Source: Azolla caroliniana (lineage: Eukaryota > Plantae > Polypodiophyta). Taken from it: a stretch of 64,000 nt of DNA. The stretch covers positions 15,438,001 through 15,502,000 of the forward strand of contig JBHGNT010000015.1 in NCBI GenBank assembly GCA_043228905.1, in the 5' to 3' direction. Positions 22,342 to 31,290 of this stretch are shown in pieces; position 1 is the stretch's first letter; the number at the start of each line of letters is the position of its first letter. The notes under the pieces were generated by a model. That model had not been told where the DNA came from and made no database searches. It saw only the letters and a list, made by a program, of their open reading frames with translations. The position numbers and the translations under genes were made by a program.

Positions 22342-23934
22342 AAAATCCATGGAAATGCTTACCCCAAAACACTTGATGACAACATCCTCCACTATGCCAA
22401 TGCAATGGACCACTCCACCATCGGCTACAGCCACTCTTGCCGAAGATGACCTACTTATAGGAATTCCCACTTTGTTTACCACAAATTCAGAAATCAAGCT
22501 TACTCTAGCACCACTATCAACCAACGCATCTTTGATGTGAAACCCTTTGATGGAGACGGGGATGGTGGGTCGTATGTCCTTTCGATCTTCTACTCGCACG
22601 ATTCCCACATAATGCACAGTCTTCCGACTTTGGCGAATACTTGCAAGTCGCCCCCACTCCTTTCGTAATGTGGGAGATAATTGGAGAAGTTGCGGCCATG
22701 TTATCCTTGGTCCACTTGAAATCAACTCATGCTTCAAATTGAAAGCTTCTACACCTTCACCCATAGGAATGTCCTCCATCTTGATCTTTCTTCTAGAGTG
22801 TCTCCTTCTCAATTTTTCCTCTTTCTCATTCTCCTTAGACTTCTTCTTTTGTCTTGAGGCACTAGATTCTCCTTCAACTTCTTTCTCCTTTTGCGAGGAC
22901 CTTGTCCTTTTCACAGGAGCTACTTCAAAAGAATTATCACTATCATCAATAAAATTAAGAAGATTCACATTATGAGGGATTGTAGGAACCTGAGCCATAG
23001 GGAGTGTTACGTTTCCTTCGACTTCATTGTTGTTAGGTCGTTGTCCATTCCTTTGCACTTGATAAATGCCTCTTCCCATGCCTCTTTGTTGTCGATGAGG
23101 ACATCTTGTTGAGATGTGTCCCTCCTCTTGACAAGAATAACAAATTACACCGTGATGCCCTCTAGAGCCACCACCATCGGGAATAGTGTTGTGAATTGCT
23201 TGGGATTGTCGCAAGTGGGTCATCACTTCATCAAAGCGCCGATTTACCAATGCCATGGTATCTTGTTCACTCCTCACTTGTTCAACTTCTTGGGATATAC
23301 TTGTTGGGTTTATTGTTGTGGTGGTATACACATTTGGAAACACTTGTCCCCCATGCACAATTGAAGATGAGGCTTGAAAGTTGGCACGAGGCATCAAATT
23401 TGCACCCAAAGCCGTCATTTGGGGATCCCCCAAGGAGCTCATCATCTTCACTTGTCGATCATAAGCTTGACAAACTTGGATAAGAGCTTGAAACGATGTG
23501 GGATCCTTCAAGTTTGCTTCCAAACGGAAATACATATCAAGACCCATCTTGAATCGTTCCATTTTAAACCACTCGTCTTCAGTGCCGCCACGAAGACGAA
23601 TCCATGTAGTCCACAAATCCTTGAAATTTCTTTCATACTCAGTGAAACCAATTGGTGATTCCATCTTTAGTCGAAATAGCTCTTCCCTTACTTCGGTTGC
23701 ACTTCGTCGTTGAATATATTTGGCACGAAACTGGTGCACCAACAATTGATATGCTCCCTGTTGGTTTGGAGGAAGAGAGTCATACCAATCTCGAGCTCGA
23801 CCATAGAATGTAGCTACCAATAAAGGTAACTTCTCATTGTCGGTGATGCGTCCAATAGAGACAGCATGATGCTCAAAAGATGCCAAAAAGGCACCCGCAT
23901 CTTGTGTTCTTTCACCTGAAAATGCAAATTGCAT
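22324..23934 (-). CDS. Truncated Gypsy Gag-protease whose last codons (LVTFL*) come from the Copia E LTR
   Basis: Identical to the N-terminus of the full polyprotein up to SISMDF, then switches at ~22341. Confidence 0.85.
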   Translation of the reverse strand: MQFAFSGERTQDAGAFLASFEHHAVSIGRITDNEKLPLLVATFYGRARDWYDSLPPNQQGAYQLLVHQFRAKYIQRRSATEVREELFRLKMESPIGFTEYERNFKDLWTTWIRLRGGTEDEWFKMERFKMGLDMYFRLEANLKDPTSFQALIQVCQAYDRQVKMMSSLGDPQMTALGANLMPRANFQASSSIVHGGQVFPNVYTTTTINPTSISQEVEQVRSEQDTMALVNRRFDEVMTHLRQSQAIHNTIPDGGGSRGHHGVICYSCQEEGHISTRCPHRQQRGMGRGIYQVQRNGQRPNNNEVEGNVTLPMAQVPTIPHNVNLLNFIDDSDNSFEVAPVKRTRSSQKEKEVEGESSASRQKKKSKENEKEEKLRRRHSRRKIKMEDIPMGEGVEAFNLKHELISSGPRITWPQLLQLSPTLRKEWGRLASIRQSRKTVHYVGIVRVEDRKDIRPTIPVSIKGFHIKDALVDSGARVSLISEFVVNKVGIPISRSSSARVAVADGGVVHCIGIVEDVVIKCFGVSISMDFLVTFL

Positions 23935-24022
23935 AGCTAAGTTAATGTAATATAGTAACACAATTAAATGATAAGTTCTCCCTCCTATACGGAAAGGATC
24001 CGCCCTCCCTGGAGCGCCAAAA

Positions 24023-24771
24023 TGGTAGAGTGTATAAGATAATAGATAGTTATACACTATATGAGGGCTTGACCAAACCGATTAGATGGAGTTGAAAATC
24101 ATAATATATTATATAGCTCTAGGTAATTATGATTAGAGAGTATAACTCAAGAAACTAAGAAAAAAGATAGAGAAAGCGAGCAAGAAATAAGAATGTTCTG
24201 ATATTCCAACATTAAGAGAATACAAAGGAGACAAACTCCACATTGAACTAAAACCAAAGACCTTCCTCTTCTAAGACACTTCCTCTTCCACAAAGACACT
24301 TCTTCCTAACACTCCTCATCCACTCTTTGGCCTTCACTCTTCGCCCCCCTCCTCACTAATATTACTTCTTCTTTTATAACCTTCCTCTTCTTATCCACGT
24401 TCATGCTATTTTTAGAAGCTTTTTATCTCCCTATTTTTAGCTATGACACATCAACCTTCTAATCGTCATATCTCCCTCATCCGATATCCAAATTAAGCGA
24501 TTTAAAAAGCTATAGAAAGCTCTTTTTACAAGCTTTCTAATCCATATTTAAACGTGATATTTGGATAAACAACGAGGGAGTTATGACCATTCTATTTTTA
24601 CTGTTTTTTATAGTCTGCGTTTTCTCTTTTTACTTTTCTCTTGGTCTCGTACTTTTACTTTTGACTTCTTCCCTAAGGTCTTAGTTCGTGTTCTTATCCT
24701 CAAAAGGTGAATTATCTATACTTTATATTCTCCTAATGTTCAATGGCTTAGATTCTAAAAACACTTTCACA
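24023..24771 (-). repeat. Gypsy LTR, shared, copy 1 (749 bp)
   Basis: Minus strand TGTGAAAG...CTACCA; PBS TGGCGCTCCAGGGAGGG at 24019-24003; PPT AAGGGGGAGGG just outside the 24771 end. Confidence 0.9.
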
Positions 24772-25032
24772 TTTAGCCCTCCCCCTTGTTAGAGGCTAAG
24801 CCATTTATGGCGAAGCACTTATTGGCAGTACTTAACAAACAAAAGCTCTCTCGCCAATCTCTTGGCTATAGACAATGAGAGAGATATAATAAAAAGAAAA
24901 TAAAAAGATGTGAGTAAAACCCCCGCTAATCGGTAGGAAAAACCTCACATTCTCTACAAATAAAAAAGATAATCACTATTACCATCTTCCTTTTTGTTAA
25001 TAGAGAGAAAGATGGGTCTACAATATGGACTA

Positions 25033-28000
25033 TTAAGAAAATAATGTATGGGGAAACAAGTCCACTTCTTGCTCCCATCCATCTGTATCAACAATATCAT
25101 TAGTAACTTGGGGAATATAAGTAGGTCCCCGAGTTACATACTTTTTAAGGCGCCATCCGTTCACTCGATAAGAATGAAGTGCTCCATCCACATCTTTCAA
25201 TTGGTAACTTCCGTTGTCATACTTTTTGTGAACCACAAAGGGTCCTTCCCACTTATTATCAAGCTTTTGTCCTTGAATATAATCATATCTATTATCATAC
25301 CTAAGAACCAATGATCCTTCTTCAATGTGGTTGCCCTTGTGTTTTTTGTCATATGCCTCCTTTCTCTTCATTGCTTGATTTAAGTAATGCTCCACAGCTT
25401 CTTCTCTTGAATATTGTAGTAGATGGTTGCTCGCTAAACGACTCATCACATCATTTCCTTTTGAGCGATGCGATGCCTCCATTAGTCTATTACTTTTGAT
25501 CTCAAGTTCGATCGGAAGTAACGCTTCTTTTCCATAAACCAAATAAAAAGGAGTAAAACCTGTGGAGGATTTATAAGAAACTCTATAAGCCCAAAGAGTA
25601 TCATCCAAATACCTATCCCATGTTCTTACTTTGTCTTGCACTAACTTTGTCAAATTCTTCACTATAAGCCCATTCACTTTCTCAACTGCACCATTTGCTT
25701 GAGGATAATAAGGCGTTGAATATCGATGCTTAATCTTCAACTTGCTTAATAGACAAGCTAACATTTCACTCCTAAAACCGGGTCCATGATCGGATACAAT
25801 CTCCATGGGAACTCCAAATCTAGTACAAATATTCTTATACACAAATTGGGCTACATCTTTGGCTTTAATCGAGGAAGTTGCTATAGCTTCCACCCACTTT
25901 GTCATGTAGTCAATGGCCACCAAAATAAACTCTTTACCATGTTGAGTTTTCGGAAGAGGTCCTACTGCATCAATTCCCCATTTCTCGAATGGAGCAAACA
26001 CCACAATGGGTTGTAAAGGTCCACTTTGTAGATGTCTTATTCCCGCTTTTTGACATGCATCACAAGATCTACACCAATCATGCACATCCCTATGGATAGT
26101 AGGCCATGTAAAACCAATTAGTAAAATCTTTCTTATCATTATATCATGGGCTAAATGCCCACCACAAACTTCTTCATGCAACTTAAAGAGTATCTTTATA
26201 ATCTCGCTTTTGTTAGGAACTCTTCGTAAAACTCCATCTTTCCCTTTGTTGTACAAATCTTCACCCACCAAATGATATTGTGAAGCCTTTGCCACCAAAC
26301 GCTTTCTTTGCAAAGCATTGAGGTTATTTGGAAACTCTCCTTTATTAAGAAAATTATGTACTTCCTCTAGGGAGTCTACATCTTTGCACGTCTCCAAAAC
26401 ACCAACGAAACCTTCCTTGATCTTATCTAATTGGGCTTGAGCTAATGCATCCGCTTCTTTATTGTATAATCTCCCCACATGCTTAACCTGTATCTTTTCA
26501 AAAGACCTTAGTAGACTCATTGCTTCTTTATAAAAATTTCTAAGCCCATCACTTTGACATTTCCAATTGCCTTGAATTTGTTTAATTACCAATAAGGAAT
26601 CACCCTTAAGAATTAATCTTTTTATCTTCATAGCTTTACATAGACGAAGACCATAACACAAGGTAGCATACTCCGCTTCATTATTTGAATTCACACCACT
26701 TAATGTAATACCTTCACTTTTTACTCTGTCTCCTTGAGGATCCTTGAGAATAATCCCACCCACGGCTATGTTTGTGGCTTTGCGAAATGCCCCATCAAAG
26801 AATAAGGTGAATGCATCCTCCATATCCGGCTCGGGAAGTGCCTTTCGTAGCTTTACCAAGTCTTCTTCATGAAAGGTTTCTCTAAAGGTGAGAAGATCCG
26901 CCAATTCGGCACGCATAGTTGATTCCAATTTGACTTCAAAATCAAACTCCGCTAATAGTAGAGCCCATTTAGCAATTCGTGCTGAAATGCTCACATGTTG
27001 GAGTACATATGGGAGTAATGACATGCTAGTGATTATTACAAAATGATGAGGTAGTAGAAAGCTTCTAAACTTTTTACAAGCATATATAAGAGCTAACATC
27101 CACTTTTCTACTTCTAAGAATTCTTTCTCTACATCAGACATGGCTTTACTAATAAAATATATAGGATGCATAAGCCTATTTTCAGAATCTTGTTGCATAA
27201 GAATGGCTCCTATAGCATGAGATCCAACACTAAGAGAAAGAAAGAAGGTAGATGTTCTATCAGGTGGCTTTAGAATAGGAGCATTACATAATAGTTCTTT
27301 TATTCTTACATATTGCTCTTCAGTTGTAGATGTCCACAAGAAGTTGTTGGTGCGAAGAATAATGCGAAAAGGATAGAGAATTTGGGCCAACATATGAATG
27401 AATCGTTCAAAGTAACGAACTTTTTGAACAAATACCTCCAAATCTTTGATACTCGTGGGTGTTGTCATCTTTTGAATTGCTTCAATCTTTGAGCTATCAA
27501 CTTTGATTCCTTCTTGAGACACCACATGACCAAGCATCACCACCTCCTTTTCACCTATGTGACACTTCTCTGGGTTGAGTTGCATTTTGCATTCCTCCAA
27601 TCTTTTGAATGCCAAGCGAACCTTTTCCAAATGGTCTTTCCTGCTACTATAAATTGCAAAGTCATCCATAAAGACTCTAACAAACTTTCCAAAGAATGGT
27701 TGGAATACATGAATAGCAAGACGATTAAATGTAAAAACAGCATTTGTGAGTCCAAAGGGCATGCATCGATATGCAAAGCATCCCCATGGAGTGATGAATG
27801 TCGTCTTCTTTTGATCCTCTTCCGCAATACGAATTTGAAAATAACCTGAATAGCCATCACAAACAGAGTACATTTCATGACCCGCAATTTCATCTAATAT
27901 TTCATCTTGGAAAGGGAGAGGAAAGTGATCCCTCTTGGTAGCCGCATTTAGAGGTTTGTAATCAACACAAACCCTCCATTTTCCATTCTTTTTAGGTACC

Positions 28001-30192
28001 ACCACAATGGGCGAAACCCATTCAGAATCTTCCACTGGGTAAATGAATTGTGCACGCAACAAAGCTTTGACTTCCTTTAATAAGGCCTCCTTTTGCACGT
28101 GACCTAGCCTTCGCAACTTTTGCGCAACGGGAGTTGTACCCTCCTTTAGATTTATGTGATGTTGGATGACATCTACACCCCTAATATGAGCATAATCACT
28201 AATGAAAAGGTTAGGAAATTCAGAAATCAAATTAATAAATTGTTGCCTCTCTTGCCCTTTAAGATCTTTAGAAATCATCTTCTCTTTTTGCTCCATAGTA
28301 ATTAAACCTCCTTCATCATCTTCTTCCTTCAAAACGGCATATGATGTGGTCATTTCCCATTCTGACGAGGAATCTTCACTTTCATCACTTTCATATGCGG
28401 ACCCACTATCATATTCAGTTATTCCATCTTCTTCTTTCTCAATAAGTCTTTGTTGCCGCATATCATAATGTATGCTCACTCCTTTTGATGGCGTTATGGT
28501 CATCAAACCTTTGCTCCAATCTTGGACAACATTGAGTTCTTGCATCCATGGTCGTCCTAGTACCAAAGAATATGACGGTCCTTTTAGTGGTATTACATGA
28601 AAATCCATGGAAATGCTTACCCCAAAACACTTGATGACAACATCCTCCACTATGCCAATGCAATGGACCACTCCACCATCGGCTACAGCCACTCTTGCCG
28701 AAGATGACCTACTTATAGGAATTCCCACTTTGTTTACCACAAATTCAGAAATCAAGCTTACTCTAGCACCACTATCAACCAACGCATCTTTGATGTGAAA
28801 CCCTTTGATGGAGACGGGGATGGTGGGTCGTATGTCCTTTCGATCTTCTACTCGCACGATTCCCACATAATGCACAGTCTTCCGACTTTGGCGAATACTT
28901 GCAAGTCGCCCCCACTCCTTTCGTAATGTGGGAGATAATTGGAGAAGTTGCGGCCATGTTATCCTTGGTCCACTTGAAATCAACTCATGCTTCAAATTGA
29001 AAGCTTCTACACCTTCACCCATAGGAATGTCCTCCATCTTGATCTTTCTTCTAGAGTGTCTCCTTCTCAATTTTTCCTCTTTCTCATTCTCCTTAGACTT
29101 CTTCTTTTGTCTTGAGGCACTAGATTCTCCTTCAACTTCTTTCTCCTTTTGCGAGGACCTTGTCCTTTTCACAGGAGCTACTTCAAAAGAATTATCACTA
29201 TCATCAATAAAATTAAGAAGATTCACATTATGAGGGATTGTAGGAACCTGAGCCATAGGGAGTGTTACGTTTCCTTCGACTTCATTGTTGTTAGGTCGTT
29301 GTCCATTCCTTTGCACTTGATAAATGCCTCTTCCCATGCCTCTTTGTTGTCGATGAGGACATCTTGTTGAGATGTGTCCCTCCTCTTGACAAGAATAACA
29401 AATTACACCGTGATGCCCTCTAGAGCCACCACCATCGGGAATAGTGTTGTGAATTGCTTGGGATTGTCGCAAGTGGGTCATCACTTCATCAAAGCGCCGA
29501 TTTACCAATGCCATGGTATCTTGTTCACTCCTCACTTGTTCAACTTCTTGGGATATACTTGTTGGGTTTATTGTTGTGGTGGTATACACATTTGGAAACA
29601 CTTGTCCCCCATGCACAATTGAAGATGAGGCTTGAAAGTTGGCACGAGGCATCAAATTTGCACCCAAAGCCGTCATTTGGGGATCCCCCAAGGAGCTCAT
29701 CATCTTCACTTGTCGATCATAAGCTTGACAAACTTGGATAAGAGCTTGAAACGATGTGGGATCCTTCAAGTTTGCTTCCAAACGGAAATACATATCAAGA
29801 CCCATCTTGAATCGTTCCATTTTAAACCACTCGTCTTCAGTGCCGCCACGAAGACGAATCCATGTAGTCCACAAATCCTTGAAATTTCTTTCATACTCAG
29901 TGAAACCAATTGGTGATTCCATCTTTAGTCGAAATAGCTCTTCCCTTACTTCGGTTGCACTTCGTCGTTGAATATATTTGGCACGAAACTGGTGCACCAA
30001 CAATTGATATGCTCCCTGTTGGTTTGGAGGAAGAGAGTCATACCAATCTCGAGCTCGACCATAGAATGTAGCTACCAATAAAGGTAACTTCTCATTGTCG
30101 GTGATGCGTCCAATAGAGACAGCATGATGCTCAAAAGATGCCAAAAAGGCACCCGCATCTTGTGTTCTTTCACCTGAAAATGCAAATTGCAT
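25033..30192 (-). CDS. Gypsy Gag-PR-RT-RH(degenerate)-aRH-INT polyprotein, unit 2
   Basis: CYSCQEEGHISTRC, ALVDSGA, WRVCVDYK...MPFGLTNA...FMDDF, extra RNase H FFDGAF...NNEAEY...KGDSLLV...NKEADALA, INT HEEVCGGH...CDAC, GIDAVGP...SDHG...NGAVE, KWEGPF. Likely start MQFAFSG, downstream of the PBS. Confidence 0.95.
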   Translation of the reverse strand: MQFAFSGERTQDAGAFLASFEHHAVSIGRITDNEKLPLLVATFYGRARDWYDSLPPNQQGAYQLLVHQFRAKYIQRRSATEVREELFRLKMESPIGFTEYERNFKDLWTTWIRLRGGTEDEWFKMERFKMGLDMYFRLEANLKDPTSFQALIQVCQAYDRQVKMMSSLGDPQMTALGANLMPRANFQASSSIVHGGQVFPNVYTTTTINPTSISQEVEQVRSEQDTMALVNRRFDEVMTHLRQSQAIHNTIPDGGGSRGHHGVICYSCQEEGHISTRCPHRQQRGMGRGIYQVQRNGQRPNNNEVEGNVTLPMAQVPTIPHNVNLLNFIDDSDNSFEVAPVKRTRSSQKEKEVEGESSASRQKKKSKENEKEEKLRRRHSRRKIKMEDIPMGEGVEAFNLKHELISSGPRITWPQLLQLSPTLRKEWGRLASIRQSRKTVHYVGIVRVEDRKDIRPTIPVSIKGFHIKDALVDSGARVSLISEFVVNKVGIPISRSSSARVAVADGGVVHCIGIVEDVVIKCFGVSISMDFHVIPLKGPSYSLVLGRPWMQELNVVQDWSKGLMTITPSKGVSIHYDMRQQRLIEKEEDGITEYDSGSAYESDESEDSSSEWEMTTSYAVLKEEDDEGGLITMEQKEKMISKDLKGQERQQFINLISEFPNLFISDYAHIRGVDVIQHHINLKEGTTPVAQKLRRLGHVQKEALLKEVKALLRAQFIYPVEDSEWVSPIVVVPKKNGKWRVCVDYKPLNAATKRDHFPLPFQDEILDEIAGHEMYSVCDGYSGYFQIRIAEEDQKKTTFITPWGCFAYRCMPFGLTNAVFTFNRLAIHVFQPFFGKFVRVFMDDFAIYSSRKDHLEKVRLAFKRLEECKMQLNPEKCHIGEKEVVMLGHVVSQEGIKVDSSKIEAIQKMTTPTSIKDLEVFVQKVRYFERFIHMLAQILYPFRIILRTNNFLWTSTTEEQYVRIKELLCNAPILKPPDRTSTFFLSLSVGSHAIGAILMQQDSENRLMHPIYFISKAMSDVEKEFLEVEKWMLALIYACKKFRSFLLPHHFVIITSMSLLPYVLQHVSISARIAKWALLLAEFDFEVKLESTMRAELADLLTFRETFHEEDLVKLRKALPEPDMEDAFTLFFDGAFRKATNIAVGGIILKDPQGDRVKSEGITLSGVNSNNEAEYATLCYGLRLCKAMKIKRLILKGDSLLVIKQIQGNWKCQSDGLRNFYKEAMSLLRSFEKIQVKHVGRLYNKEADALAQAQLDKIKEGFVGVLETCKDVDSLEEVHNFLNKGEFPNNLNALQRKRLVAKASQYHLVGEDLYNKGKDGVLRRVPNKSEIIKILFKLHEEVCGGHLAHDIMIRKILLIGFTWPTIHRDVHDWCRSCDACQKAGIRHLQSGPLQPIVVFAPFEKWGIDAVGPLPKTQHGKEFILVAIDYMTKWVEAIATSSIKAKDVAQFVYKNICTRFGVPMEIVSDHGPGFRSEMLACLLSKLKIKHRYSTPYYPQANGAVEKVNGLIVKNLTKLVQDKVRTWDRYLDDTLWAYRVSYKSSTGFTPFYLVYGKEALLPIELEIKSNRLMEASHRSKGNDVMSRLASNHLLQYSREEAVEHYLNQAMKRKEAYDKKHKGNHIEEGSLVLRYDNRYDYIQGQKLDNKWEGPFVVHKKYDNGSYQLKDVDGALHSYRVNGWRLKKYVTRGPTYIPQVTNDIVDTDGWEQEVDLFPHTLFS

Positions 30193-30280
30193 AGCTAAGT
30201 TAATGTAATATAGTAACACAATTAAATGATAAGTTCTCCCTCCTATACGGAAAGGATCCGCCCTCCCTGGAGCGCCAAAA

Positions 30281-31029
30281 TGGTAGAGTGTATAAGATAA
30301 TAGATAGTTATACACTATATGAGGGCTTGACCAAACCGATTAGATGGAGTTGAAAATCATAATATATTATATAGCTCTAGGTAATTATGATTAGAGAGTA
30401 TAACTCAAGAAACTAAGAAAAAAGATAGAGAAAGCGAGCAAGAAATAAGAATGTTCTGATATTCCAACATTAAGAGAATACAAAGGAGACAAACTCCACA
30501 TTGAACTAAAACCAAAGACCTTCCTCTTCTAAGACACTTCCTCTTCCACAAAGACACTTCTTCCTAACACTCCTCATCCACTCTTTGGCCTTCACTCTTC
30601 GCCCCCCTCCTCACTAATATTACTTCTTCTTTTATAACCTTCCTCTTCTTATCCACGTTCATGCTATTTTTAGAAGCTTTTTATCTCCCTATTTTTAGCT
30701 ATGACACATCAACCTTCTAATCGTCATATCTCCCTCATCCGATATCCAAATTAAGCGATTTAAAAAGCTATAGAAAGCTCTTTTTACAAGCTTTCTAATC
30801 CATATTTAAACGTGATATTTGGATAAACAACGAGGGAGTTATGACCATTCTATTTTTACTGTTTTTTATAGTCTGCGTTTTCTCTTTTTACTTTTCTCTT
30901 GGTCTCGTACTTTTACTTTTGACTTCTTCCCTAAGGTCTTAGTTCGTGTTCTTATCCTCAAAAGGTGAATTATCTATACTTTATATTCTCCTAATGTTCA
31001 ATGGCTTAGATTCTAAAAACACTTTCACA
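30281..31029 (-). repeat. Gypsy LTR, shared, copy 2
   Basis: Repeat of 24023-24771 at +6258. Confidence 0.9.
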
Positions 31030-31290
31030 TTTAGCCCTCCCCCTTGTTAGAGGCTAAGCCATTTATGGCGAAGCACTTATTGGCAGTACTTAACAAACAA
31101 AAGCTCTCTCGCCAATCTCTTGGCTATAGACAATGAGAGAGATATAATAAAAAGAAAATAAAAAGATGTGAGTAAAACCCCCGCTAATCGGTAGGAAAAA
31201 CCTCACATTCTCTACAAATAAAAAAGATAATCACTATTACCATCTTCCTTTTTGTTAATAGAGAGAAAGATGGGTCTACAATATGGACTA

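Noticed and set aside
30193-30315. N-terminal 41 aa (MYNYLLSY...) of the 1760-aa Gypsy ORF, and equivalents in the other units
   Set aside because: It starts at a non-ATG codon inside the LTR and crosses the PBS; the first ATG after the PBS (MQFAFSG) is the plausible start.
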